Of a DNA stretch of 64,000 bases, positions 39,369-48,893 are shown one piece after another. The position numbers and the translations under genes are program-made. Origin of the DNA: Alphaproteobacteria bacterium (lineage in GTDB: Bacteria; Pseudomonadota; Alphaproteobacteria; UBA828); contig OZ243972.1 of assembly GCA_965214705.1 (NCBI GenBank), positions 2,752,001 through 2,816,000 of the forward strand, in the 5' to 3' direction. Under the pieces are notes generated by a model that was given only the letters and a program-made list of their open reading frames with translations, made no database searches and was not told where the DNA came from. How positions within the stretch are numbered: the first letter of the stretch is position 1; each line of letters starts with the position of its first letter.

Positions 39369-40400
39369 TCATTGAGTCTCGCCCTTCACATCGGCACCGA
39401 GATGGAACAGGCAGTCGCCCCGCTCGACCCGCCCCGGTATGCGCTTGCAGACGACGAGGCCCGTTGCTTCGAAGTGAGCCTCCGTCGGCGCCCGCCACGG
39501 CGTCTCCGGCGTGTGGATCAGGCCTGCGAGCTGGCCTTTCTCCACCTCGGTCCCAAGCTCGACCACAGGTTCGAACAGGCCGTCCTCGCTGGCGTAGGTG
39601 AAGAAGTCCCACGATTCGGCGGTGAGCAGACGCGTGTCCACCGCAGGCTCCTCGTCGTCCTCCACCGGGCCATGCCAGACGCCAACGTGGCGGAGCACAC
39701 GACGAACGCCCGCCTCGCAAATGCGCAGGCATTCGAGCGTGACCGTGCCGCCGCCGCCCATCTCCGTCGCGAGCACGACCACGCCGCGGCTGATCGCTGC
39801 CCGCATGTTGGTGCCGGTCATGCCTTGCACTGCCGGGAAGAGGAAACCGTAGGGCGCGCCGAAGACCCGGCCGAGCTCGTCGATCTTCTCCTGTATGTCC
39901 GGCGGGTTGGCGGCATCGCGGAGAATCGTGGTGGGCAGGTACATGAGCGAGCTGCCGCCCGAATGGAGGTCGAGCAAGTAGTCCGCGCGCGGGGTGAGCT
40001 CGGTGTCGACGTAGTGGGCGAGCATTTCGGTTAGCCGCCCGTCGTGCTTGCCGGGAAAAACGCGGTTCATGTTCAGCTCGTCCACTGGCGAGGTCCTGAG
40101 CCCTGACTTCGCAGCCGGGTAGTTGGCCATGGGCAGGATGATGATGCGGCCCGTCACATCAGCGGGCTCCAGCGCGCGGATGAGCCTGGTGAGCGTCACC
40201 TGCCCCTCGTACTCGTCGCCGTGCACGCCGGACGTGAGCAGCACAGTCGGCCCCTCGCCGTTCTTGACGCAGACCAACGGCACCGGCAGCCAGCCGTAGG
40301 CCGAGCGGTGGACCGAATGGGGTAGACGGAGATGGTCGCACTGCTTGCCGTCGCGGTCGAAATCGATTTGCGTGCTGAGCCGCGTGCCCGTCTCTTCCAT
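39369..40400 (-). CDS. Succinylglutamate desuccinylase/aspartoacylase family deacylase (DoeB-like)
   Basis: GVHGDEYEG, NMNRVFPG, DLHSGG and TEMGGG motifs. Confidence 0.88.
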   Translation of the reverse strand: MEETGTRLSTQIDFDRDGKQCDHLRLPHSVHRSAYGWLPVPLVCVKNGEGPTVLLTSGVHGDEYEGQVTLTRLIRALEPADVTGRIIILPMANYPAAKSGLRTSPVDELNMNRVFPGKHDGRLTEMLAHYVDTELTPRADYLLDLHSGGSSLMYLPTTILRDAANPPDIQEKIDELGRVFGAPYGFLFPAVQGMTGTNMRAAISRGVVVLATEMGGGGTVTLECLRICEAGVRRVLRHVGVWHGPVEDDEEPAVDTRLLTAESWDFFTYASEDGLFEPVVELGTEVEKGQLAGLIHTPETPWRAPTEAHFEATGLVVCKRIPGRVERGDCLFHLGADVKGETQ

Positions 40401-40543
40401 GGCATCGTTTCCCGAGGGCTGTCTGGTCGCGCCAGTCTGCCCGGCTCCGGGTGGCGGCGGCAATGGCTCTCGATGGCGCGGCGGTTTGACGCAGAGAGCC
40501 GCCGGCGCCAGTCTCCGGCATGAAGCCACACGGGAGGGACGGC

Positions 40544-40867
40544 ATGGCACTCTACGAAATGAGGACCTACACGGTACAGGCCGGCAAGCTCGCCGAGGTG
40601 GTCGCGCTCTATAAGGAGGAAGGCTGGCCGGTGCTGGAGAAGGAGGGCTTCGGTGCCAATCTGGTCGGCTACTTTGTCGCCGACACCGGCACCATCAACC
40701 GGCTGGTGCACATCTGGAAGTTTGATGACGACGCCGCTCGCCGCGCCCATTGGGCCCGGCTCTTCCAGAGCGAGGCGTTCATGCGCTTTGCCGGAAAGGC
40801 CCGCCCGTCGGTGCTGACGCAAGAGGTGGTGCTGCTCAACGAAGCCCCCTTCGGCCCGCATCCATAA
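40544..40867 (+). CDS. NIPSNAP family protein
   Basis: YEMRTYT...GTINRLVHIW pattern. Confidence 0.88.
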   Translation: MALYEMRTYTVQAGKLAEVVALYKEEGWPVLEKEGFGANLVGYFVADTGTINRLVHIWKFDDDAARRAHWARLFQSEAFMRFAGKARPSVLTQEVVLLNEAPFGPHP

Positions 40868-40906
40868 CGTTGCTGCGGCCCGACATCGGGATGGGCAGGG
40901 GGCGGC

Positions 40907-41731
40907 CTACTTCTTCAGCTTCGCGAGGATGGTCTCCACGCGCTCCAGCGCGGCGCGGGCGTTTGCCGCCTCCTCGCGGACGGTTCTGAGCGTCGCCTCG
41001 TCTTCGCTTTCGTCGCCCCTGGCCGGCCTCACCTCGAGGCGCGCGTCGTGCAGGTTGTTGATCACGACCGCGATCACGAGGTTGATCATGATGACCGCTG
41101 CCAGCATCACGAAACTGACGAAGAAGAGCCACGCCATCGGATGGAGCTCCATCGCGACGTACATGATGTCGGTCCAGTCCTCGAGCGTCATCACGCGGAA
41201 GAGCGAGAGCAGCGCGATGCCGAGGTTGCGCCAGTGGGTCGGGTCGTGGTCGCGGAAGAGGTGCACGCCCGCGATCGCATAGACGTAGAAGACCGCAGAC
41301 AGCAGCAGCATCACGTGGCCGAGCCCCGGCAGGGAGCGAATCAGGGTCGAGACGATGACGCGAAGCTGCGGCACCACCGTCGCCACCCGCAGCACCCGGA
41401 GCAACCGCGCGAGCCGTGCTATGAGGGCGAACTCGCCGGCATCTGGCAGGAAGGCGAGAACCAGGATGGCGAAGTCGAAGAGGTTCCAGCCGTCCTTGAA
41501 ATAGCGCTCGAACCGGGGCGCGACGGCGGTGAGCTTGATCGCCGCCTCGACCACGAAGACGGCGAGCGCCACGTGGAAGGCCCATTCGATGGCGTGGCCG
41601 AAGCGTGCGTCGAACCACTGGCTCGTCTCCAGGCCGAGGCCGATCGCGGTGATCAGGATCATCACGATGATCAGCACGTTGAACGCCGGCGCCGCAACAA
41701 TGCGCGCGCACAGCCGCTTCAGTTCGCTCAT
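40907..41731 (-). CDS. Bacterial voltage-gated cation channel (BacNav family)
   Basis: WNLFDF, S4 RLARLLRVLR, filter TLEDWTD, S6 INLVIAVVIN, C-terminal coiled coil. Confidence 0.92.
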   Translation of the reverse strand: MSELKRLCARIVAAPAFNVLIIVMILITAIGLGLETSQWFDARFGHAIEWAFHVALAVFVVEAAIKLTAVAPRFERYFKDGWNLFDFAILVLAFLPDAGEFALIARLARLLRVLRVATVVPQLRVIVSTLIRSLPGLGHVMLLLSAVFYVYAIAGVHLFRDHDPTHWRNLGIALLSLFRVMTLEDWTDIMYVAMELHPMAWLFFVSFVMLAAVIMINLVIAVVINNLHDARLEVRPARGDESEDEATLRTVREEAANARAALERVETILAKLKK

Positions 41732-41769
41732 ATGAGGACGCTCCCGTGATCGCTGCCGGCACGCCCCGA

Positions 41770-41985
41770 TGGAGTTCGGCCGGGAGCGTGTTCAGGTGGC
41801 GCGTCGGACCGCCCCGAAGAGTATGCGCGTCCAGTGCGGCTCTTCGTCGATCCCCGCATTGGCTCGCGAGAGGAGGGGAAAGTCCGGCGGAGCGACATCG
41901 CCGCGTTGCACCACGCTCTTCGGGCGACGCCCAATCGGGCTGGCCGGACGCTAGCGGCGTTCTCGACGTTGTTCAACCTCGGTGA
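41770..41985 (+). pseudogene. Tyrosine integrase fragment (core-binding/SAM-like region)
   Basis: RLFVDPRIG...RSDIAALHHALRATP..A.RTLA.FS.LFNL.E; no start and no catalytic domain. Confidence 0.6.
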
Positions 41986-42096
41986 GAATGGGTGCCTGGG
42001 TTCGGTGCTTCTGGCCTGCGGTTATCGACAGACGGAAGCTCCGGTTAGGCACCGAGGCGCCGAAGCCCTCCTGATAACCACTGGAGCGCTCAAGTA

Positions 42097-42111
42097 ATAA
42101 CCAAAAGTTAT
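42097..42111. promoter_or_regulatory. Putative LysR-type binding site ATAAC-N5-GTTAT (T-N11-A)
   Basis: Perfect dyad in an AT-rich patch; about 70 bp from the LysR start once the IS is removed. Confidence 0.5.
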
Positions 42112-42152
42112 GTATATGTCGTAAAGTAAATCATGCGACAAAATAGACTTAT

Positions 42153-43654
42153 GAGCCACTTGCAAAACTCCCAGGCGCGGTCTGCTTTTCCCGAGAGCCC
42201 GGCGTGAGGACATTGACGGTCGGAACGTAACATGAACTTCGGGACGAGCGGACGTCGCTGGCTGCCGCCGGGGCGCCGATTCGCCGCAAACCGATGCCCA
42301 TGCGGGCGCATTTTGGACCCGCCGTCGCGATGCGGACATGGCTTTTTGCGCCTCCGCGGAGGGAGGCGTGCCGGCGTGACAGCGACGGAGGCGCCGCTCA
42401 GGCCAGGAGGCGCATCAGCTGGTCGACCGTGAGCACCAGGATGCCGAACATCAGGTGGCAATGAACCTTGGCATGGCCGCGCACGCGGACATGGCGGCCC
42501 CCGCAGTTGTCCTTCAGCCCACCGTTGATGCGCTCGATGTTCGAGCGCTCGTTGTAGCGCTCGTCCGCCGGGTGGCGGTGACCGACGCCTCTCTGCGCCC
42601 GGGCCTCGCGCGCCAGCTCCTCCTTGTACTCCTTGTCGCGAGGGTTGACGTCGATGATCGGGACGTGGCCCAGCAGGTAGCTGTGCCAGCCGATCTCGGG
42701 CGCGTCATAGGCTGAGTCCATGAGGTCGTACAGATTGGTGACGCGGTCGGCGGTCATACTCGCCAGCGGGATCGCGGCCTGGCTGTCGTGCAGCGAGGCG
42801 GACGTCAGGATGCAACTGATCGGAATGCCGCCATCGGCGGCGTCGATGTGCAGCTTGTAACCGATCCACGATGTGGTATGGCCCCTGGCGTTGCGCTTGG
42901 TGCCGACGTCGCAGGCTTTCGGCAGGTCGTCGAGCATCTGGGGCAAGCTCATCGTGAGCTGGCGTTTCACGCGGCGCTCCTCCTTGGGCCGCTCCTCGCC
43001 CTTGCGCGGGCGGCCGCGCTTGCGTTTCGGCTTCTCCGCCTTGGGCTTGGGCTGAGGCTTCTCGCGCGCCTCGATCGCCGTCGAGTCGCGCGAGACGTGC
43101 CCGACCAGATGGTCTCCGAGGGTCTGCTTGATCAGCGCCTCATGCACGCGAGCGGGCAACGCACTCTCGGAGAACTCCGCAAACGCCCGCGAAAACGTCG
43201 CCTCGCTCGGGATCTCTGCGGCATAGGTCCAGCCGCAGAGACGGCGTAGCGTCTTGTCGTTCTCAAGGCGCTCGATCAGGGCGCGCGTCGTGGGTACGTC
43301 GAACACCGCCTTGGCGATGAAGGCGCGGGCCAAGGCCGCCCGATCCTCGACCGGCCGACCGGGCAGGCCATGGAAATGGGGAAGGAAGCTCTCGACCCGC
43401 GCAAGCTCAAGCACGGTGACGAAGCGCCGGTACCTCTCGCCGAGCGGCCCGAGCTCCTCCTCAAGCCACGGGAAAAGATCCGCTTGAATGTGATGCCAGA
43501 ATCCGGATAGTGTCTGTCCCAGCGACATGGGGCCGCCCTCTCCGTCGATGTTGTCCGAAACCCGACAGGAACAGAGAGCGGTCCCGATTTCCAGGACAAT
43601 CTGACCGCCACGGCGGCAAAATCCCGCTCAAATGCGGAATTTTGCAAGTGGCTC
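42153..43654 (-). mobile_element. IS1182/IS5-like insertion sequence
   Basis: 19-bp TIRs GAGCCACTTGCAAAA(C/T)TCC; TTAT target duplication at 42149-42152 and 43655-43658. Confidence 0.92.
42398..43528 (-). CDS. DDE transposase (IS1182/IS5-like)
   Basis: PSEATFSR, SRDSTAIE, GYKLH, LMDSAYD and RSNIERING motifs. Confidence 0.92.
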   Translation of the reverse strand: MSLGQTLSGFWHHIQADLFPWLEEELGPLGERYRRFVTVLELARVESFLPHFHGLPGRPVEDRAALARAFIAKAVFDVPTTRALIERLENDKTLRRLCGWTYAAEIPSEATFSRAFAEFSESALPARVHEALIKQTLGDHLVGHVSRDSTAIEAREKPQPKPKAEKPKRKRGRPRKGEERPKEERRVKRQLTMSLPQMLDDLPKACDVGTKRNARGHTTSWIGYKLHIDAADGGIPISCILTSASLHDSQAAIPLASMTADRVTNLYDLMDSAYDAPEIGWHSYLLGHVPIIDVNPRDKEYKEELAREARAQRGVGHRHPADERYNERSNIERINGGLKDNCGGRHVRVRGHAKVHCHLMFGILVLTVDQLMRLLA

Positions 43655-43684
43655 TTATGTTCTGCATTTTGATATTCGATTTTC

Positions 43685-44539
43685 GTGGTCGATTTGGACA
43701 CCAAGCAGCTCCGCTCCTTTCTTTGCCTTGCAATGGATCGGAGTTTCTCGAGGGCGGCCCGGCAAATGGGGTGTTCTCAGGCGACCATGTCAATCCGCAT
43801 CCAAAAGCTGGAGGACGCGCTCGGTATCCGCCTGTTCGAGCGGGGGCCTCACGAGGTGACGTTGACGGCCGAGGGGCGCGATCTGCTGCCCGATTTTCGG
43901 GCGTTCGTCGATGTGCAAGACCGCATGTACGAGCGCACGCAATCGTCGCGAGAAGTCGGCAGCGTCAGGCTCGGCGTCGCCGAGGGCTACGAGGCGGCGC
44001 TGCTGCCGGGTCTGCTCAAGCACATGTGGCAAGACCACGCCGCGGCAGAACTGGAAATTCGGTGCCAGCCGAGTTGGCGCCTGCAGCAGATGATCGAGGC
44101 GCGCACGCTGGATCTGGCGGTCGTGACATTGCCGGAGGAAGCGCCGCCGGCGGTGACGCTTTGCCGGACACCGCTCCACTGGGTGGCAGCCTCCAGGTTC
44201 GAGCTTGCTCCTGCGATGCCGGTACCGATCGCTTGGCACCCGGACACGTGCTTCTTCCGATGCGCTGCTGCCGCGGCGTTCAAGGATCGGGGCGTTCCCC
44301 ATCGCGAGGTCCTGTGCAGTGCCGATTCCCGGATCGTCCGGGCCGCCGTCGAAGCCGGCACCGCCGTCACTATCATGGCCGAAGGGACCGTTCCGGAGAC
44401 GTTGAGAGCGATATCCGATCCCTCGATCCTGCCGCCGCTCGGCACTGCCCCGATCCAGTTGCTGGAGCGGCCGGGCCTGCAGTCCGAGGCGTCGGGGGTG
44501 GTGAAGCGGAAGCTGGTGGACGCCTACCGGGAGGCATGA
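43685..44539 (+). CDS. LysR family transcriptional regulator
   Basis: SFSRAA..M..SQATMS.RI.KLE..LG..LFER helix-turn-helix. Confidence 0.92.
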   Translation: MVDLDTKQLRSFLCLAMDRSFSRAARQMGCSQATMSIRIQKLEDALGIRLFERGPHEVTLTAEGRDLLPDFRAFVDVQDRMYERTQSSREVGSVRLGVAEGYEAALLPGLLKHMWQDHAAAELEIRCQPSWRLQQMIEARTLDLAVVTLPEEAPPAVTLCRTPLHWVAASRFELAPAMPVPIAWHPDTCFFRCAAAAAFKDRGVPHREVLCSADSRIVRAAVEAGTAVTIMAEGTVPETLRAISDPSILPPLGTAPIQLLERPGLQSEASGVVKRKLVDAYREA

Positions 44540-44769
44540 ACGCCCCTCCCTGACTGGCACGCGTCGAGAGACCCCACAGCTTCTTTCGCCACGCGACGAA
44601 GCCGTCACCGGCAATCGCCTTGCCGGCTCTCCAGGAGCGGCGACAGAAATTTCGAGGGCGTGTTCGTAACTGCTTTGGAGACCGATTCCCGTAAAATTCC
44701 AATCGATTCCCAGCCCGAGATCAACAAATGAAAATCGCGCGTAAACGGCTCTTACCTTGTTGATTTTGT

Positions 44770-44845
44770 TGGTACGCCCGCCTGGACTCGAACCAGGGAC
44801 CCTCTGATTAAAAGTCAGATGCTCTACCACCTGAGCTACGGGCGC
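44770..44845 (-). tRNA. tRNA-Lys (anticodon TTT)
   Basis: 76-nt cloverleaf GCGCCCGTAGCTCAGGTGGTAGAGCATCTGACTTTTAATCAGAGGGTCCCTGGTTCGAGTCCAGGCGGGCGTACCA. Confidence 0.97.
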
Positions 44846-44968
44846 GCCGCGGCGCCGAACGATAGGGAGGCACTGCCGGAGGGTCAAGCGGTCGTCCCCA
44901 TCGTGCTCGCTCTCGCCCCGGCCGCGCCCGTTTCGGCACCCGTCCGCGCGCTGTAAAGTATCGCCGCC

Positions 44969-46135
44969 ATGACCGAAGCCAAGACACCGGCCCTGCTGCC
45001 GACCGGCCTGCGCGACCTGCTGCCGCCCGAAGCGGGCGCCGAGGCCGCGCTTGCCGAAGCGCTGCTCGCGCGCTTCGCGGCGCAGGGCTACGAGCGGGTC
45101 AAGCCGCCGCTCGTCGAGTTCGAGGAGAGCATGTTGAGCGGCGCCGGCGTCGGGCTCGCCGACCAGACCTTCCGCCTGATGGACCCGGCTTCGCACCGCA
45201 TGATGGCCGTGCGCAGCGACCTCACGCCGCAGATCGCGCGGATTGCGGCCTCGCGGCTCTCGCGCAGCCCCCGGCCGCTGCGCCTGAGCTACGCCGGCGA
45301 GATCCTGCGCGTGCGCGGCGGCGAGCTGCGCCCCGAGCGCCAGTTCCGCCAAGTCGGCTTCGAGCTCATCGGCATCGGCGCCGGCGCCGCCTGCGATGCT
45401 GAAGTCATCCTGCTGGCTGCCGACGCGCTGCGCGGGCTCGGGCTGGAGGGCGGCCTCTCCGTCGATCTCAACGCGCCGACCCTGGTGGCGTCGCTGCTTG
45501 CCGAGGCGGGGCTCGATGCGCATGACGCCGCCGCGCTCCGCGACGCGCTCGACCGCAAGGACGCGGCGGCGGTCCAGGACGCGGACGGTGCCGTCGCGGG
45601 CTTGCTGGCGCCCCTGATGCGGGCCACCGGCGCGGCCGGGACGGCGCTCGACGCGCTGACGCAGCTCGTGCTGCCCGGCGCGGCGGCCGCGGCGCTGGCC
45701 CAGCTGCTGGAGGTGGCGATGCTGCTGCGCGAGGCGGCCCCCGCGCTCGCGCTCACCGTCGATCCCATCGAGTGGCGCGGCTTCGAATACCACACCGGCA
45801 CGAGCTTCAGCCTGTTCGCGGGCGGCGTGCGCACCGAGCTCGGCCGCGGCGGCCGCTACTCCGTGGGCGACGCCGGTGCGGAGGCGGAGGAGGCCGCCGG
45901 CTGCACGGTCTATGTCGACACGGTGCTCCGGGCCGCACCCGCGCCGCCGGCGCCGCGTCGCGTCTACCTGCCGCATGGCACGCCGCGCGCGGACGGTGCC
46001 GGGCTCCGCGACGAGGGCTGGATTACAATCGCGGGCCTCGCGCCCGAAGCGGACCCAGCCGTCGAGGCCACGCGGCTCGGCTGCAGCCACCTGTGGCGGG
46101 GCGGCGCCGTCCGGTTTCTCGCAGGAGAGGACTAG
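44969..46135 (+). CDS. hisZ: ATP phosphoribosyltransferase regulatory subunit
   Basis: LLPTGLRDLLP, RSDLTPQIARIA, RQFRQVGFE, GFEYHTG and GRGGRY motifs; upstream of purA. Confidence 0.9.
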   Translation: MTEAKTPALLPTGLRDLLPPEAGAEAALAEALLARFAAQGYERVKPPLVEFEESMLSGAGVGLADQTFRLMDPASHRMMAVRSDLTPQIARIAASRLSRSPRPLRLSYAGEILRVRGGELRPERQFRQVGFELIGIGAGAACDAEVILLAADALRGLGLEGGLSVDLNAPTLVASLLAEAGLDAHDAAALRDALDRKDAAAVQDADGAVAGLLAPLMRATGAAGTALDALTQLVLPGAAAAALAQLLEVAMLLREAAPALALTVDPIEWRGFEYHTGTSFSLFAGGVRTELGRGGRYSVGDAGAEAEEAAGCTVYVDTVLRAAPAPPAPRRVYLPHGTPRADGAGLRDEGWITIAGLAPEADPAVEATRLGCSHLWRGGAVRFLAGED

Positions 46136-46138
46136 CCG

Positions 46139-47431
46139 GTGGGCAACGTCGCGGTGGTGGGCTCCCAATGGGGCGACGAGGGCAAGGGCAAGATCGTCGA
46201 CTGGCTCTCCAGCCGGGCCGATGTCGTGGTGCGCTTCCAGGGCGGACACAACGCCGGCCACACGCTGGTGGTGGATGGCGTCCAGTACAAGCTGAGCCTG
46301 CTGCCGTCTGGCGTGGTGCGGGGCGGCAAGCTCTCCGTGATCGGCAACGGGGTGGTGGTCGATCCCTGGGCGCTGCTTGACGAGATCGACACCATGGCGG
46401 GGAAGGGCGTCCACGTGAGCCCGGAGACGCTGACGATCGCCGAGAACGTCTGCCTGATCCTGCCGATCCACCGCGAGCTCGACCAGGCGCGGGAGGAGGC
46501 GCGCGGCGGCGCCAAGCTGGGCACGACCGGGCGCGGCATCGGCCCGGCGTACGAGGACAAGGTCGGCCGCCGCGCCATCCGGCTTTGCGATCTGCGCGAC
46601 GTGAAGACGCTCAGGCCTCGGCTCGGCGAGCTGCTGCTCCATCACAACGCGCTCAGGCGCGGCTTTGGGATGCCGGATGCGGACGCCCTCCAGCTTGAGA
46701 GAGACCTGCTGGAAATCGCGCCTCGCCTGCTGCCCCTCGCGGCACCGGTCTGGCACCGGCTCGACCGCGCCCGGCAGGAGGGCAAGCGCATCCTCTTCGA
46801 GGGCGCGCAGGGGGCGATGCTCGACATCGACCACGGCACCTACCCCTTCGTCACCTCGTCCAACACGCTCGCCGGCCAGGCGGCGGCGGGTGCCGGGGTC
46901 GGGCCCGCGACCATCGGCTACGTGCTCGGCATCACCAAGGCCTATACGACGCGGGTCGGCGGCGGGCCGTTCCCCACCGAGCTCGACGACGAGGTTGGCC
47001 GCACCCTCGGCGAGCGCGGGCGCGAGTTCGGCACCGTGACCGGCCGCCCCCGGCGCTGCGGCTGGTTCGACTCCGTGCTGGTGCGCCAGGCGGTGAAGAT
47101 CGGCGGCATCAAGGGAATCGCACTCACCAAGCTCGACGTGCTCGACGGCATGCCGGAACTGAAGGTGTGCGTCGGCTACCGGCGCAACGGCGAGGTGCTC
47201 GACCACATCCCGGCCGCCACGGCGGATCAGGCCCTGGTGCGTCCGGTCTACGAGAGCTTCGACGGCTGGCAGGAGAGCACGCGGGGCGCGCGCTCCTGGG
47301 CCGATCTGCCGGCGACGGCGGTGAAGTACATCCGCCGGATCGAGGAGCTGATCGAGGCGCCGGTGGCGATGCTGTCCACCAGCCCCGAGCGGGAAGACAC
47401 CATCCTCGTCCACGACCCCTTCGCCGACTGA
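46139..47431 (+). CDS. purA: Adenylosuccinate synthetase
   Basis: [33 protein letters not shown] and [14 protein letters not shown] motifs. Confidence 0.98.
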   Translation: MGNVAVVGSQWGDEGKGKIVDWLSSRADVVVRFQGGHNAGHTLVVDGVQYKLSLLPSGVVRGGKLSVIGNGVVVDPWALLDEIDTMAGKGVHVSPETLTIAENVCLILPIHRELDQAREEARGGAKLGTTGRGIGPAYEDKVGRRAIRLCDLRDVKTLRPRLGELLLHHNALRRGFGMPDADALQLERDLLEIAPRLLPLAAPVWHRLDRARQEGKRILFEGAQGAMLDIDHGTYPFVTSSNTLAGQAAAGAGVGPATIGYVLGITKAYTTRVGGGPFPTELDDEVGRTLGERGREFGTVTGRPRRCGWFDSVLVRQAVKIGGIKGIALTKLDVLDGMPELKVCVGYRRNGEVLDHIPAATADQALVRPVYESFDGWQESTRGARSWADLPATAVKYIRRIEELIEAPVAMLSTSPEREDTILVHDPFAD

Positions 47432-47453
47432 TCCCTCACGATCGTTGCCGGGC

Positions 47454-48437
47454 TCACCCCGGCCCGCTCCACGCCGCGGGATAGGCCGGAGGGCCGGTGG
47501 GCCAGAGCCGGCGCTCCGCGTCCCGCCGTCTCATCTCGACCTCGTGCGCGACCCATCCATCCGGCCCTTCGCGCGGGTGGTCTGCGTCGCGCGCTTTGCG
47601 TGCGCGGCAATCATCCTTCGCCCCGCGCACGCGGTCGGCATCTTGCTCTGCGCGCGGGTGTTCCGCATCCTGCGCTCCGCGCACGTGGCCCGCATCCTGT
47701 GCGTCGGGCTTGTCCAGTTCGTCGTCGCGCGCCCCGCGCGCGCCCATTGCGCCGTTGTGTGCCGCAGTCGCATCCCACTCGTTTTGTGCCTCATCGTCGG
47801 CAGGCGCGTCGGGCGTGGGGCCCGGCGGCGCAGCGTGGGACTCCCCGGCTGGGGCAGCCGCCTCGTCGGGCATCGGCGACGGCCAGTCCCCGCCCCTGGA
47901 AAAGGATTCCTCCTCGGCGACCCGGCGGACGATGGCGACTTTCTCCTCATAGGGGAGATTTCTGCGCCTGGCCGCCTCGCGTTGGGCGGCGGTGTCGGCC
48001 GTTGCCTTCTCGTTCGCGATGCGGAGCTTTTCGGCGGCCTCGATGCGATAGAGCATGAGAGCGAGGCGGGCGAGCTCCTCCGTCGATGCGGGCTCGTCGC
48101 GCCCGCTCAGCTCGGCGATCTTGCGCAGTGCCAGGCCTCGCAGGGCCTCGAGGGCGACGCGCCCGATACGCCCTTCGGCGCCGGGCTCGCGCGCCTGGTC
48201 CCAATCCTCGGCAAAGCTCTCGCTCTCGCTCAGCAGGCCCGTCAGGTCGTCCATGCACCCGGCGTCGCGGTCGGACGGCGCAGGGTCGTCATCCTCCGCG
48301 CCGATGCGAGCTGCGATCTCGTCGGTGGAGGCGCCGTCGTCGAACGCCGCCAAGATGCAGTCCAGGATGGCGGGATGTCCGCCCGGCGCGCTCCCGCCCA
48401 ACGCGCTTGTGGTGGCCTGCATGCTTTCGCTCTGCAT
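47454..48437 (-). CDS. Hypothetical protein with a Mu gp27/DUF3486-like core and a repetitive C-terminus
   Basis: HTH-like ASTDEIAARI; EGRIGRVALEALRGLA; ELARLALMLYRIE; start uncertain. Confidence 0.45.
   Translation of the reverse strand: MQSESMQATTSALGGSAPGGHPAILDCILAAFDDGASTDEIAARIGAEDDDPAPSDRDAGCMDDLTGLLSESESFAEDWDQAREPGAEGRIGRVALEALRGLALRKIAELSGRDEPASTEELARLALMLYRIEAAEKLRIANEKATADTAAQREAARRRNLPYEEKVAIVRRVAEEESFSRGGDWPSPMPDEAAAPAGESHAAPPGPTPDAPADDEAQNEWDATAAHNGAMGARGARDDELDKPDAQDAGHVRGAQDAEHPRAEQDADRVRGAKDDCRARKARDADHPREGPDGWVAHEVEMRRRDAERRLWPTGPPAYPAAWSGPG
47575..47740 (-). repeat. Degenerate 27-bp (9-aa) tandem repeat
   Basis: AQDAGHVRG / AQDAEHPRA / EQDADRVRG / AKDDCRARK / ARDADHPRE. 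Confidence 0.75.
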
Positions 48438-48515
48438 GCCGCGAGTCTGCCGCGCCCGGTGGGCGCCGTGCACCGCACCATGGTCCGGTGAGTCTTGGCG
48501 GCAACGGACGAGGCG

Positions 48516-48676
48516 TTTGCCATGTATCGTGCCGGGCTGCGAAGCAGCCCGGAGCGCGCGCCCGGCGCCTGAGGGAAATGAAAGAGTCAGCCCGGACGGC
48601 GCGATAGCGCCGCGCGGAAACAGACAGAGCATTTGCCAAGTGTGGAGCCAGGCTGCGGAGCAGCCTGGAGCGCGCG
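48516..48676. repeat. Two 45-bp direct repeats, each with a 9-bp hairpin
   Basis: 48516-48560 and 48632-48676, 38/45 identical; stems CCGGGCTGC-GAA-GCAGCCCGG and CCAGGCTGC-GGA-GCAGCCTGG. Confidence 0.85.
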
Positions 48677-48893
48677 ATCGCGCGCCGCGCCGAAGGCGCG
48701 GAGACTAACGAGTGATTGTATCGTTAGGCATGTTCGAAAGGACATAAGGTGACATTTGGTGGTATATTGCAATGGTTTAGGAGAACACTGCGAAGCATTT
48801 CACCTTTTCGAGGCGACATGAGATGCCTTTCGGTTCCTTTCGCGTGTTGGGCTATGTGTTGACAGATGGCTGCCTCCATGATCCAATGACGCC

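Noticed and set aside
47575-47740. CRISPR array
   Set aside because: Degenerate in-frame 27-bp coding repeats without unique spacers
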